The position numbers and the translations under genes are program-made. A DNA stretch of 63,945 nucleotides, counting the filler, from Thelocarpon superellum (lineage: Eukaryota), in NCBI GenBank assembly GCA_026025795.1. It is 3 parts of 3 records of this genome, joined end to end, with 100 filler letters (N's around TTAATTAATTAA, not from the genome) between each part and the next. Parts side by side here need not be neighbours in the genome. Positions count along the whole stretch, not along the records: positions 1 to 25,328 come from JAPEUG010000269.1; 2 more parts are not named here. One strand, given 5' to 3'. Positions 11,271-25,328 of the stretch are shown here, piece after piece. Below the pieces are notes generated by a model. The model saw only the letters and a program-made list of their open reading frames with translations, was not told where the DNA came from and ran no database searches. Each line of letters starts with the position of its first letter. Positions within the stretch are counted from its first letter, which is position 1.

Positions 11271-14200
11271 ACCCTTGCTCCCCTCGCCCTTGAGCCTCGT
11301 CTGATCCTCCTTTTCTACCGGGGCGCTCCCGGTGATGAGCAGAGAATTGGAGAGGTCATCATCAGCCGCCCCGGCTGCATCATACAAGGCTTTCATCAAT
11401 TTCGTCGAAGGAAGATCCATCTCAATCCTCTCCGCCCTCGCCGTGCTTTCACGTCCCTGATCGTCTGGCTGGATGTCGTCTGTAGGCGAACGTCCTTCCA
11501 TCAAGTCCGATCGAGCCGGGGCCAGCGCAAGCGTCGTGTCCTTCATCACTTGCTGGGACCCCCTCTTTTTGAGAGCCTTGAGCGCGGCAGCATCGTTGGT
11601 GTCATTCGTTCTTCGGCGCTTTTGAGCCTGCCAGAGACCTTCCAGAGTCTCTTTTAGCATCTTCCTCATCTTGCCAGGATTGACGTCCGGCCAGTCGCGA
11701 TCGGGGTCCAGATCTCGCTGAAGAAGCTTGGTGACCAACGCCCGTGGACTCTTGAGGAACTTCTCCATGTAGCCCAGGAGGAAGAGCCCACAATCGCAAA
11801 AGTTGTCCTGCAACGGGATTTGCTTGGCCGTGACGCCGCTGATGTCGCCGATCTCAAAGGACACGTGCCGTTTCATCTTCGCCTCTTCCCGAAGATACTC
11901 CTTGAGATTCCGCACCGTCGGCCCATGCGCTTGCCCTAAAGAGTCCAGCGTGATAATCGCCGGTCTGGTACGTCAGTCCAAGCCCAAGCACCCAAAATGG
12001 AACTCCACTTACTCGAACGGTTGATACTTCTTCGTTGGTGGCATCGACTTTCGTTTGCCTCGTCGCTTGGAGTGAGGCGACAGTTCCGGCGGTCCAGGCC
12101 GTGGTGATGCCCGTCGCTTGCGCTCCGTGTCTTCGGCGCCGAACAGATCAATCGACGTGAGCGAGAAAGTGTCGGCGGGGCGCACGGCACGTCCATCGGT
12201 CAAAGGCCCCATCAGGCTAAGGTCTTCCACCTTGCCAGGACCACCTGGCCGAGCTACCGATTCTCTTTGGTCGCGGAATCCCCTAGCGGGCCCTTCCCGG
12301 GTCAGAGACATGAGCGAAACACCCTCCTGAGTAGAGTCTAGCTCGACGTCCTCCGAGAGCCGATCTCTTTCCACATCATGAGCGCCCGCATCCTTCTGCA
12401 GCGCCATCCCATTCACGTCCGGTAACGCACCCGGCCCATCCTTGCTCAGGTCTCCCACCAGCGTGGGCAGGTTACAGATGACCGCCACATACCAATGAGC
12501 ACTACCGCTTCGTCAATAAAGGGACCGACACACGCGACGACTGGGGCCTACCTCTCGTTGATGGGGACGACGACAAAGTCATATTGGAAAATGTCAATCT
12601 TCGACGTCCATTTCTCCACCGCCTCGTAGTTGATGCCACGGCGTCCCTTGGCCGTAGTGGTGAGGCGCTCGTAGAAGAAGGTGTTGAAGATGTACACCTT
12701 TGGTGCGATCGATGGCCGGGACTTTTCACGCTCAAACTCAAGATACCTTTGTCCTTCAGTGTCACGGTGAGATAAACGCTTGATGGCGCAGGACGTACCG
12801 CAGGTAGAAGGAGATGAGATTGTCATTGAGGAATTCGCCATCTTTGAGACGCTCAAGATCCCCGTAGTCGACGGTGGTCTGGGTCTTTCTCGTCCCTTCG
12901 ATCGGGAAGACGAGGCTCCTAGGCGTCACGGTCAGCACAGCGCTACTCCGTACCATCGCTGACACCTACTCCTCCCACGCAGCTTCCAATTTTGGTTTGG
13001 AGGGTTGCTTCTCGAACTCCACACGCCTGATCTTGTCAGTGCCGACCCAGAGCCATGGGATGCTCATGGGCAAAAGGAGACATACGTAGGTGAAGGCGAC
13101 CTCTTGTGGAGCTCCTCAACATCCACCGCTTTTCCTCGGGACCGAGACCGGGTCGTTGGAGTAGCTGCGTAGGCCAAGATGCCAGCAACAATGCGGAGCG
13201 GGGTTTCTGGATGGAGGGTGGACTGGGGCTGTGTGTGTTGAAGGTAAGACGATTCGTCTCGCTGCGCTTTCGAAGGGACAGGGGAAGGATCGACGCGGAG
13301 TCGTTTGTGGATCAAGTGACGTGCCGAACCCTCAGCCTCCCGCTGCCGGGCCTTTTCCTTGGCTCGCTTCTGCTGGATAAATCGGACTTCTTGCTGCCCA
13401 GTGACATCGTCCACTGGGACTCGCGCCGCTGGCTCTTTCTGAAGATGCATTTCATCTTCTCGCTTCTTAAAGATCTTCTCCAGACGTCCACTGCACGCCG
13501 AATCAGCGCGACGGAAGACGAGGCGTCAGGGCGAGGCGACCAAAATATGTGCAACCTACCGCTCCTCGCAAGCATCTGCAATCGTAGATCCAAATTCCGC
13601 GAGCAAGGCACGAAATTCTTGGGCCACCTGGCCATCGCGAAAGTAGTAATCGATCCTGGTGTCGAAAGTGCGTTCCCTGTGGCGGATGATCTGGACCATT
13701 GGACTGGTGTTGTCGTGCACGACCCTATTCACGGCGGTTGGTCGCAGTGCTAACACCTGCCGTTCCTCCGAGATAACGCGCCCGCGAAGATGGACTTCAA
13801 ATCCGGCGATCGCCTCATTGAAGTACAGCTCCAGGGAATGTTCGTCAGAGACATCGATGATTCCACTGCGGATCCTTTTCAGGGGAAAGACTCGATTCAG
13901 AGAACGTCTCGGCTGGGACGTCTTGGACCCCATGGTACTGGAGAGGTCTGTGCCCCCCGACGTGGTGAACTTTGTTGGCGTGATATCGGCGTTAGCGCGG
14001 GTCAGTCGTTCATCACCTGCGGCTTTCACTGGTGATGGAGATCGAGAGATAAGAGTCCCGGATCGCTTGTCCCCCCTGGCATCGTGTGGCGGGCCATCTC
14101 GTACTGGGCTCCAGTCGAGGTCGATGGGATCTTGAATCGGATCAGGGCTACCGAGATGATACAAGTCGTCTGGAGACGTCTTCGGGAATGTCGGCCTGAA

Positions 14201-15671
14201 GGTGGATTCTGCTAAAGAAGCAGCCATTTCGAGACCGAAAGTACCCGCACTGGACGCAGGGCGAGACGTGGGAGGATACATATGTCCGTTGTTGCGCATT
14301 GTCTCTGATTTAGATGGCGGGAAGAACCGAGAGGATGCGGTTGGCGGTCCTACCTGTGGTCCAGGTAGGCTTGGCCGTGAGACGGATCGTTGCTTGCCAG
14401 GCTTTTTTGACGGCCGTAGGTTTGCGGTCCCCCCGTATCGAGATTTGGCTGGTTGCTGATCAGTTGCATCGAGCAGAATTCCCGTCTCAGGGGATGCTCC
14501 CGGCTTCGCTCCATGTGTCCGTAGACCAGCCTCGCCATTCGTAGGCAGTTGATCACTAGAAGGATGGTCATGGAGCGCACTAGGCCGCGTCGAACGCCGT
14601 CGGGTCTTGGGGTTCATCCGATCCTCTACCCCGTAAAACTCCTTGACGTTTGCAGCTTTATCGCGCTTCGATTTGCCCGATTCTTGACTTGAAGCTAATG
14701 ACAATTGACTCGTTCTCGGGCGCGCAATTTCAGGCGAAGTGGGAGAGTCGTCCACCAGAATGCTTGACTCGGGGTCTCTTCCTGCCATGGAGTCATCGGG
14801 ATAGGGGCTGGAGGGGCTGATGGGGCGATCTCGTCTCGTCCTCTTAGCCCGGCGGTGACTTGTGCCATGGAGGTCCCATACGTCGGCTCTTGTGGAACCC
14901 TCCGACTCATGGGGCCTCTTTTTAGGCGTGACCAGGGTGCTGACCGGTTGAACCCCGAAGTCCGCGACCTGTTGCGCACGTCAGCGTCGGTGCACAGAGG
15001 AGATGGACGCAAGCGCGCGTACTTTCCGTACTGTCGGCATTTTCTCTAATGTGAACGAGTTCCGTGGAATGGAGATTGGTACGGCATCGTCATCTACCCT
15101 GATAGAGCGCACATGAGCGTGGGTGGTCGAGCGACAATGAGCGAGCAGCAGCAGCACGTACGCGTAGTCGCCGAGCAGCCGCTTTTCGTCTGCACTTCGG
15201 TGATCCTTTTGGTGCCCTGGCTTTGTCGTGGACAAATGTTGGGCGATGTTGTCGAGGATCTAACGCCGTCGTTGCCGGTGAGTGAAGGGGTTCGATAAGG
15301 ACGTTTGCGCAAGGAGCAGGACGAAAAAGATGATGGGAGGACAGATGGCACACATGAAGCACGTACAGTTACGTTTCCCGTCGCTGCAGCGTTCCCTGAG
15401 ATCAGAGATTCTGCGGGTAAGGTCTGGCAAACAATGAAGTCAGCGAGGTGGGGCCTAAGTACTCGTAGACCGACCAGCTCCTTGGAGCTGTACTCGCCGG
15501 CCCGACCACAGGCTGGTGGGTGACACTTACAAGCAGAACTCGTTGGGTACCATGGGGGGCTCCATCTAACTCCGGTGACTGCTTTCTGGTCGACGTGTTC
15601 GTGTCGATGTCGGGAACCTTTCGCGTCCCCGACGTGGCCCTCGCTGGATTGCCGCGGCTGCTACGGGACAT
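11247..15671 (-). CDS. Ulp1-family (peptidase C48) SUMO protease, Ulp2-like; multi-exon, 5' end uncertain
   Basis: EFLNDNLISFYLRY, YIFNTFFYERL, VVVPINER/AHWY (His), IITLDSLG (Asp), QDNFCDCGLF (Cys); long disordered N-terminal ORFs up to ~15671. Confidence 0.85.
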
Positions 15672-16226
15672 GAAGACTGGGGGGACGGGCGAGTCGGTTC
15701 ATGGGCCAGACACTCATGAGGCGGGCCCGGGTCCCGCCGCCTTAGTCCAATGGAGGAATCACAAGAGTGGAGGAGGTGGGAGCATCATGCGGAGCGGATG
15801 GGATCGAGACGAGGGTCAGAGGGCCAACGTGAGGTAGATCAATGATGGCATTGACGATCTCGCGTTGCTCGTGTTGCTCGTGTCGCTCGTGGATCGTCGG
15901 TCTGCGGATCGTCACCCCACCATGCAAGGCTGCTCGCATCCCATCCCCAACTACGCAGCAAGAGCCACCTCTGCTGCAGCAGCACCTTGTCTGTTGTCCT
16001 TACTCACTGTGAGCGTCAGGATGGAGCATTGTTACCGACGCTGAACATCATTTACTCGTGGGCGCATCGTGAGCCGGCGCTGACGTGAATCTCACGAGAC
16101 CCTCGGTAGTCGGGATCACGACGATGTCTAACCAGAGCGGGATATTTACGAGGGACGGCGAAGGTCATTCAAATCCCATACAGACGTACATATGATCGCT
16201 AAAAACCAGACACGATACACCTTCGA

Positions 16227-17404
16227 TCACGACGGCATGCTTCGCTCAAGCGTGCTGTCCTCTCGGGCATGAATGCTGCGCTTCTCCGAGCTGTGGTGGC
16301 CGCCTCCGGCACTCTTCTCCTGTCGGGCCTGGTCGATGGCCGACCGTTGGGCAATGCTCTCATCGTGGCTCCGCCACACGATGTTGGTGTCGGGGGGAAA
16401 GGCGAGCAGGCGTTTGATCGTCTCCCTGCGCCGTATGTTAGCCCGTCGCCGCCACTACGCGCGCTCCTGGCGAGGATGAGTTTGGATCCTACCGGATCTT
16501 AATGTTCCGCCCGCCATCGATCCGGGTCCAGACGCTCAGCACGTCCTCGCCTCCCCGCACGCTGAGTACCGCGCCGCAGACCTCCTCGCCCGCCTCGGCG
16601 AACTGGTCCCCCACGATCCCCAGCAGCAGCTCCTCCCAGTACCGATCGGCCACGCCCTTCTTCAAGCGGACAATCCACTTGCCACCCCGGCGATTCTCAT
16701 CATCTTCCCACACGGGCCGAATGCCTTTCTTGAAGATGTGATAATCTGACACGGACGGGAGCGACGACGGCCGTTTGAGGTGAGCGTAGGCCGTCCAGAA
16801 CGTCTCGACCGAGGAGAAGGCGACGAGGGCGATGGTGGACTTCTCGTAGTCGGAGTACTTGGAGGTTGGCGGTCGGTACCACACCACCCATGTGTACTTG
16901 AGCGGGTGCTCTGCCTGGCTGCGGGAGGAGGAATTGGTGAGCGAGGAAGAAGAGCTCTGGGGCTTGATGTGGCCCGTCGTCCCCTCCACGCCGCCCTGCT
17001 CCCGTCGCTCGACCGCCAGCGAGGGCGAGGGCAAAGCGCCGAAGTCGAGCGTACCGCCTGGCGTCTTGGGTCCCTTGGCCGCGCCAAACGAGGCAAAGGC
17101 GCCGGAGCCTAGGCCAAAGGCCTTGGACGCGCCGACCGAGGGTGAGACGGCCGCGGTGCTCGAGGCGACGGCGTTGAAGGGATTGGAGCGTCCGAGCGAT
17201 GAGGCGGTTTCACCGCCAAACCGCTTGGAGGAGCTGTATCGGCGCGGAGCCGGGTCGGGGCCAGTAGCGTCGGAGGTAGAGGTGGACAGGCCAATCTTGT
17301 TGGAGCTGGGAGACATAGTTAGCTTGGGGGCAGGCCGTGCGCGAGCAGGGGCGGAGGTCGGCCGCATACTTGGAGCGGCGAGTCCATAGGTTGCTACTGT
17401 CCAT
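16227..17404 (-). CDS. Translation initiation factor 4E class II (4EHP/eIF4E2-like), 3 exons
   Basis: HPLKYTWVVWY, SDYEKS (Tyr at the Trp56-equivalent position, a class II feature), VETFW, GIRPVWED, GGKW, DVLSVW. Confidence 0.9.
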
Positions 17405-18819
17405 GAATATTTATGGGTGGATGTATGGGATCACAGGTTCGGTGGGTGGGAGACGCGACGGCTTGTGTGGCGACTGGCGCGGATGCGGGAGGGTAAGGAG
17501 CGACCAAGTAGCGACAGAGCGCGCGTGAGAGAGAGGGAGGGAGGGAGGGAGGGGGTGAGGGGGTGGGAATGAGGGCGAAGGTGGGAGGCGGAGGCGGTGC
17601 GGTCACGATGGCTGTGCTCTTCCTGTGTCGCGACGGTCTTGATCCTGCTCCAGACGACCCTGGTTTTCATAGGACGACAACGGGCGAAGGGAGCAGACGG
17701 AAAGCGCTGGTTGTGTTCTGGATCTGGGCGGAGAAATACTCGCACAATTGCTTCTCATGATCTCCCAATGAATTGAAATTTCGCGACTTCCGACATCAAA
17801 CAGACGAATCGACGAATTGGCGAATTGGCGATGTCACGGAGCTTGGGATGTCGGGCACTCTGGCACTTCGGAAGCAGCACACACAGGCACTTTGGGCCGC
17901 CTCGAATTTCGAATTGACGAATCATTTCCACCCAATCGCGATGCACCATGGTGCCAAAGTGTCTCGCTTGCCACCAGCACATTTCGAGGAAACGGCACGA
18001 CGGTAACACATAGCATATGTTAGTAAGTATGTGAATGTCAGCACCCTGCACCGTACCTTCCGGTACTCGTGCGCCTACGCCTGGCGAGCTTAAGTGGTGC
18101 GTCTCGCTTGCACGACCTTCTTCCTTTCTTCACGACCACCTACTCAAATCATCGTCAGCCCGACTTGACTTACGCCCACTCGGCTGACGACTCCGATGTG
18201 TGTGTCTAGATCACGCTCTACCCTCTTGTAAAACCGTCATCACGAGGGCCCCTCGTGCGGCTGCCATGATGCGGTGACGACCTAAGAATTGGGACATGGA
18301 TGGATGGAGGGATGGAGGGAGGGATGGAAGGGTGCACCTCGGCTCAACCTGTGTGTCTACCTAGATACTGGGATGGCACGCGGAGGAGACGAAGCCTATC
18401 TCAGGAGGTGGTGCACAAGGGCAGATGGGATGGGAGGTGACGGCGCAATTACGAGGGTCAGTATTTCCTCGTGCTTCAATCTTGGGCCGCCGTTGCATGA
18501 AGATACCCTCGAGCTCTGGTAATCCGACTCCGCTCAACCGCCTCTCTCTCCCACTCACTTGGGCATGCAAGCACGCTGAGTGCTGCATGTGGCTGGTCGA
18601 GCATGACGTGCAAAGGCAAAGACTGATCTATGGCTTCTGCCTCCCGCTGCGCCTCCGTCGTGTGGTGGCAATCTGAGCTGACCTGTGCGTGGCTCTGGGC
18701 CTTCCTAGTCCGAGTTTCGACGTCGATGCTCAAAGACCTGCGAGCCCTACCACGGTTACCATGCCCACCCTCCATACTGCGGTTACACCTAGGCGTGACG
18801 TCGCATCTAGGAAGAAGGA

Positions 18820-18858
18820 GAAGGTGAAGGTGAAGGTGAAGGTGAAGGTGAAGGTGAA
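18820..18858. repeat. (GAAGGT)n microsatellite
   Basis: About six copies just downstream of the OB-fold gene. Confidence 0.9.
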
Positions 18859-18878
18859 TGTAATCGTCCCGCTGCTCT

Positions 18879-21208
18879 CTAGAGTACCTCTTCGGTGCGG
18901 ACGATAGTGTTGCCCCCCCTTCCGGGTCCCTTGGACACTTCCACACTAGGGTAACCAAGGGACGAGGATGAACGTAGCGAATGGTGGGTCTGCTTGGTGC
19001 GGGTCTGCGCAGGCGATGCCTGCCCTCCGGCCCACCAGCTGCGTAGGTTACGAACGTGCTCTCGCTCGGCCTTACCGAATTCCACTGGTGGACCCGTCAT
19101 CTCCTCCACGCCATCCTTGTCCCAGGTCACCCACGCACTCTCTTCGCTACTGACAAGGCACAGCTTTCGCCTGCTGCTGAAGACCTTGAAGCCACGCAGG
19201 AGAATGCCATCGCCAACCTCGACGTAGGGCAAAGCTTCCTCGTAGACCCGGAAGATTTGCACCGTCGTCGTCTCTGGCGCGATGGAGGGGTCGATGGCGT
19301 GCAGCGTCAGGCGCCAATCGCGAGGTCCGCCCCGCGATCGAAAAGTCTCTTCACAGCCCTGCGCGATGACGAGCACGTCGACGACGTCACCGAAACATTT
19401 AGACAGAGAGCTCAGCGTAGCAAAGGATGCCAACGGAGTCACGAGGCTCTGGCCAAGGATCCCTAGCCTCTCATCTGCTTGTCCCGTGCCCGCCGTCTCC
19501 GGCGACGGTTCTCGCGCGGCAGGGGACGCTGTAGCTAGCTTATTGCCGGCTGCCGGTTGGCGCCGTCGATCCCGGAGGACACGGCCGTGTGGAGCTGGTG
19601 GAGCTCCCTCTGTGACGGTTTGGGCTTCCGGTCGGCTTTCACCGTGACCCACGCTATTGGGGCCGTCAGGCTCGGTCCGTTGACTGAACCATCCGCTGAA
19701 ACCCGAAGGGTCGCGGGCTTTGCCCTTGGCGGGCGTAGCGGACAGCCCGGAGCCGTCGCGCGCCACTTCCTGCGCGTCCCCAGCGCTCGTTTCGGTGCTC
19801 TGTAGAGAGGTGGTGGGGGCAGGTAGGGACTGTTCTGAGATAGGTGCCGCCGCTTCTCCTCGTTGCGCTTTGTCGGGGTGTGGCATAGGGTCGATCAGCG
19901 TCTGAGAAGACTCGGTCGATTGCCCTCCCGGCATTGCATCGGATGCATCGACTTCCCGCGCCGCTCGGACGTGCTGCCATTTTTCGGCACCACTCGTGTC
20001 CTTCTCAGGAAAGAGAACGATGGTCGATAGATTGGGTTGGGCGGCTTCGTTGACCTGCTGAGATGGAGAACTGACGTTTGCAAGTTTCGATACGGATGGC
20101 GGTACTTGTGGAGGCAACGAGGTCAAGGGCCTCACTTGGTGAGCGACAGCAAGGACAGGCTCCGTTAGCGGAGGTACGCGAACATTCTGCGATACCGATG
20201 GGACGATTTGTTGGTCAAGGCGGGTAAGACAGTTATCGTCGTTACTCTCTTGACGCTCGTCAGTTGGGCTCGACTCCAGCACGTCGCGCTCAGGAGCGCT
20301 CGCGCCTGACGAGTCCACGAACGTGGGCTCAGGAGACCTTGAGGCAAGCGTGGGAGATTCGACCACGCCTGGTGTGGAATGGAGGGACGGCTCATCGGTC
20401 CGGTTCGTCCTTCCGTCGCTTGACGCGGAGTCCTCGGCGGCGTAGGTCCACGGTCGAGCTAGGCTCCCGAATTTGGCTCTTTTCCGGTCTCGTGATTCTT
20501 GGTCCTCTTCTGCGGCAAAGGGATCGAGTGTCGAGTCAGGGAAGCTACCAAAACGGAAGCTCGACCGCTTCAAGAAGGCTGGAGAAGACCATTCCTGGGG
20601 GCCAGCACCGGTGGCGTGATGTTGATCCGCCACCGACCGTGTCGGTGGCGGCGTCGGGGGCTGAGATGTTGAGGACGGTGACAAGACAGGCGGCTCTGCG
20701 GATGAGACAGGCTTATTGATATCGATGATGCTAGTACTTGAACCACGTCGAATCTACGGGCGTGAGCAACGAGCGCCCAGCTGGAGGCAGGATCACCAGC
20801 TTGCGGAGCACTGACCTCGAGAAGCAAGCGTCCGCTGAAGCGGAGATCGTAGTCAATGCCGCAGCCCGGGGTGCCATACAGCGTGGGGTCCGTCGTCCAT
20901 GCTGCCCCTTCCAAGCCGAGACGGACCTCGTCACCGCAGGCGACATTGGCCTCGGAGAAGCCTCTTACACTGGGCCCCGCGAGATGCACTCGCACCTCGC
21001 CATGATCACGGCGCAGCAATGTTTCCGGCTCAACGAGCAAGAGGCTGAGGACACCGCGCGCGGACGAGTAGGGCCAGATCAGGGCAAGGATAGCACGAAT
21101 GCTATATTGCGCGGGATTCTCGAGCGACGGCGCAAGCCTGGCAATGGGGATTCGTGTCGTGCCGGCCAGCGCCGGACACGATGCAGCCCTGGGGTCCGGC
21201 TCTTTCAT
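18879..21208 (-). CDS. OB-fold protein with POT1/Cdc13-like ssDNA-binding domain(s), 2 exons
   Basis: N-terminal beta-rich block (IRAILALIWPYSS..LLLVEPE..GDEVRLGL) and C-terminal block (VDVLVI..GPRDWRLTLHAIDPS..VQIFR..ALP..GDGILLRGFKV) separated by a low-complexity linker; intron ~20756-20815 keeps frame. Confidence 0.65.
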
Positions 21209-21973
21209 CTCGGCCGAGCCATCGACGAGCTCGCCGTGGTTGAGAAGTGAAAGTGTTTCCGCTAATGGGAGGTGCCGCAGGTGTAGCGCTCATGTCAGGG
21301 CGTTGGACGCTACTGCCGCAGGGCTAAGTGTCACGACGTTGGTGGTGGTCATTCACTACCCATCCAAGAATATCGAGCTGCTTCCAGTAATCGGAAGCCG
21401 CCGCCTTGGGTCGGTCGTTGGTCGGTCGTTGGTCGGTCATTAATGCACGACCATGCAGATGTGACACTCGTGACTAAGGCTGAGCACGACCCACGTCGGC
21501 GCCACGTCGGCGTGTGGGACGATGGCGATCGGTTGACATCCCTGTCTCGCTGTGGCTTCGACCCCTACCTACAGTCGTAGTAGTGTGCTTGGACGAAGTG
21601 CGGGAGCACTTCATCCTGTAAGCAAGAACGCCCTAGCGGCCGACAGCATCCAACTCCTGCAACTAACACACCTTGGTGTTACGGTGGTGCCGGGAGGCAG
21701 GACAACCTTCAACTTACTGATGCTCGTGAAATACCATATGTTATTCGTCCCTCGTTCTTCTTTCGCATCTTCGGCTTGATCAGGTCCTAGCTGTCCCAGC
21801 TGGTGTTGTCGGACGACGCGTGTCTCCAGAATTCACTGGTCAAGCGCCGAACCTATGTCGCGCTGGGCAACATCACTTGGTCGGATCGTCCTTGCCAGTG
21901 GGTAAGGTCGATCGTGAACCACCACCCTCTACACAACGCGCAAGACAAGCAGCGACGACCCGCGACGCGCAAG

Positions 21974-24591
21974 ATGGAGCCCATTATCCAGAGTACCGTG
22001 AAGAAGGTTGCAGTCATCGGCGCCGGCCCGTCTGGCATCGCTGCCGCCAAGTATGTTCCAGATCTACCCAGATCCGTCTAGCTTGGCCGAGATCCATTCA
22101 GATCCCTGCCTTTTCGCCCTGACTGACCCGGTGAAGGTATCTCCACGCCGAGGGTGCCTTCGATCACATCGATGTCTTTGAGCAGCGTCACACAGTAGGA
22201 GGTGCATGGAATGATGCCTTCCAAATGTCCGACCAGCGCGCGTTGGAGCCACAGCGAGGACCCCACGGACCGGTGGAGGAGCCACACTGGTCCCAACATC
22301 CGAAGCAGGAAGGGGATCCCCTCTTCATGACGCCCATGTACTTTGGGCTGGAGACCAACATCCCAACCTTCATGATGCAATATTCCGACCTCCCGTTTCC
22401 ACCGGAAACTTCCCTCTTCCCCAGGCAGCGCGAAGTGCTCAACTATCTGGAGGAATACGCCAAGGAGGTGCAGTCTCTCATCCGCTTCACCACCCAGATT
22501 CTCGACGTCCGAGCATGCGGCGCCCCAGATGCGGACGGCTGGACGGTCACCACCAAACAGCTCCGGTCGGGCGTGGAGACGACGACGCACTACGATGCGG
22601 TCGCGGTAGCCAACGGCCATTTCGACGTGCCGAACATCCCCGACATCCCAGGCCTCGGAGAGTGGCAGAAGGCCTACCGTGATTCCGTCATCCATTCCAA
22701 GTACTTCCGGAGCTATCAGGATTGGAAGAACAAGCGGGTGGTGTTGGTGGGCAACGCGGCGTCGGGGACGGATATTGGCGCACAGATCGGGCGCGTCTGT
22801 GCCAAACCGCTCGTGGTGTCACGGCGCACTCCCTCCTTCTTCACCGCCGGGCCCGAGCCGTGGAAGCAAGAACGCCCTGAGATCACGGAGCTCATCCCCG
22901 CCGGACGCATCGTACGATTTGCCGACGGCACCGAGTTGCGGGACGTGGATTCCATCATCTTCTGCACCGGTTACCTGTACAGCTATCCCTTCCTCGAGTC
23001 TCTCGAACCTCCGTTGATCTCGGATGGGGGCCGCACGCAGCATGTCTTCCAACAAGTCTTCTACACGCCCGACCCGACGCTCGCCTTCCTCACCTTGCCA
23101 CAACGCATCACGCCCTTCTGCATCGCCGAGGGCCAATCTGGCTGGATCGCGCGCGTGTGGTCGAAGCGCCTTGGTCTTCCGCCCCAGTACGCGCGGGAGG
23201 GATGGGAGGAGGAGCGGATGGAGGAGGAGGCAGAGATGGGACGGAAGTTCCATGTCCTGGGCTTTCCTGAAGAAGTGGATTACATCAACTACCTCCATAT
23301 CTTGTGCCTGCGGGCCGAACCGCCGGAAGGAGGCAAGCTGCCACGGCACTGGGACCGGCGCATGCGGTGGGCTCGAAAGCGTGCCATGCACATCCGTGCC
23401 GCCTACCGCGCCCGTGGCCCGGAACGGGAGGAGGTGACGACGATGGAAGAGCTGGGATTTGACCCGACCGAGGAGGATCTCAACGAGGCCGACGGCGATC
23501 CCCTCCCGCCCCTGGTTTTGCCGGACCCGCCCACCACGCGATCCTCGACGGCCACGACCCCACGGATCTCCGTGCCCGGACTCGACACCCCGAACGAGCC
23601 CATGCCGACGACGCAGACGTTGGATGACGGGCAGCCATCGGACTCCTCGTCGCAGTCGGCGGGCGTGCCGAGCCATTCAAAGCGACGGCTGGAGGACGAG
23701 GGGATGGACGGGATGCCGATCAAGATGCGACGACTGCATGAGATGGTCCAGTCCCAAGCACCCAAAGACGCGTCGTCAGATCGCGCCGTCCTTCGACCCA
23801 TCTCGCGTGTCCAGCCAGCGCTGGTAGCGGCACCTACGCCGCGTGAGCGAGCTCTTGAATCTCAGCTGGCGTATGTGCAAGCCCGGCTCGATGAGCACAT
23901 CGAACAGATGAGCGTCCGACAGTACCAGTATGAGGGTCTGGTGGACGATTTCCGTGACATGCGGCGCCAGCGGGACGCCGCACAGGCGACCACGGAGGAC
24001 ATGCTACGACTCAACGCCTCCAAGGCGGCGGAGGCGAAGCGAATGGCAGAGCGGTGCGCCTCGCTCCAGACTGACTTGTCGGAAGCGCAGGTGCGCCTGG
24101 AGCGATCGACGGTGCCGGGCGTGGCGGAGCTCGAGGGCTACCGCTCGGCGGCGCACCAGGCCACCTCAGAGGCGGCGCGACTGAAGGAGCGGCTCGACTC
24201 GCTCACAGCGGACTTCGATTTCACGCGGGCGCAGTACCAGCAAGCATCGACTGCGGCGGCCGAGGCGACCATGGAGTTGGAAACACTACGGGAGGAGCAG
24301 GGGACGCTCAAGGCGCAGGCGAGCGGAGAGACGGCCAAGGTGCGGGGCATGACGGAGTCAGCGGCGGTGGAACAACACCTGCAGCGCATCCGCCAGCTGG
24401 AGCTGCTCTTGGCCGATCGCGAAGAGCTCCTACGACGCAAAGACGATGATCTCAAGACGCAGTTGCGAGCGCGAGGCATGGGCACGCGCGCCAGCAGTCG
24501 TAGCCCGCAACCGCACGTTCGACCCAAAAGCCCCAACGCGGGCACGGCGGTCCGCGTCGCCCACGCACTTCGCTATGGCGAGAATCTATGA
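21974..24591 (+). CDS. Flavin-containing monooxygenase (Fmo1-like) with a long C-terminal coiled-coil extension, 2 exons
   Basis: VAVIGAGPSG, FEQR..GGAWN, LETNIP, ANGHF, HSKYFR, GNAASG, FCTGY; intron 22051-22136; ORF stays open ~375 codons past the usual ..EELGFD end. Confidence 0.9.
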
Positions 24592-25328
24592 CCAAACCAG
24601 CGATGCTAAGCCGGAGACGGAGGGGATGGGCGAGACGGCTAATGAAGATACGAGAGAATGCAGAATGAATGTCGACGAAGGATCGTGCTCGTTGCCCGTA
24701 GAGTATTCCCGTTTGCCTCGGTGGTGTTGTGAACGGTCCATGATCGAGGCCATGACGTCGAACGTACGGCGGGGGATCGGTCGATGCCACTGCGGCCGGC
24801 GCGGGCCGACATGCTACGTCAGAGCATGACGGCGAACACGAGGCAGGGGCGGAGAGAATGCTATCCATTCGCTGCAGCAATTTGTTGGCGTCGGTTGTTG
24901 CCGTGTCGGGTGCGTCTCGCGGCGACTGATGGTAGTAGGATCGTCATCTCCACCGATACACCGGGCAGCACGTGCGAGACTCGAAAGGGCCCGTGAGTGG
25001 TCTAAGCCGGTTGCTCAATTCATTGTCCGGTCATCGGAACGTCAACTGAATGTCTCTCGCTGTAGTATCAGATGCATCACGCTTTACACGAACCATCTCC
25101 TCTGCGTCTTCCAATAGGATAGTAGGAACAGCTCATCTCGCGGCGGTAGGCAAGCCGACTACGCCACTATGACGAGGGGTGTGGATGTCGACCGGCTCGG
25201 CGAGCCACTGACGTGATCTGGCTGGGCCTTACCGAAGATTCCCTGCCCCCTAGCCCGTCGGGTACTACGTCGGCGCGCACCATGCTGGGTGGCGGATGCA
25301 GGGTCCAAACCAGAGTAACGCACCGCGC

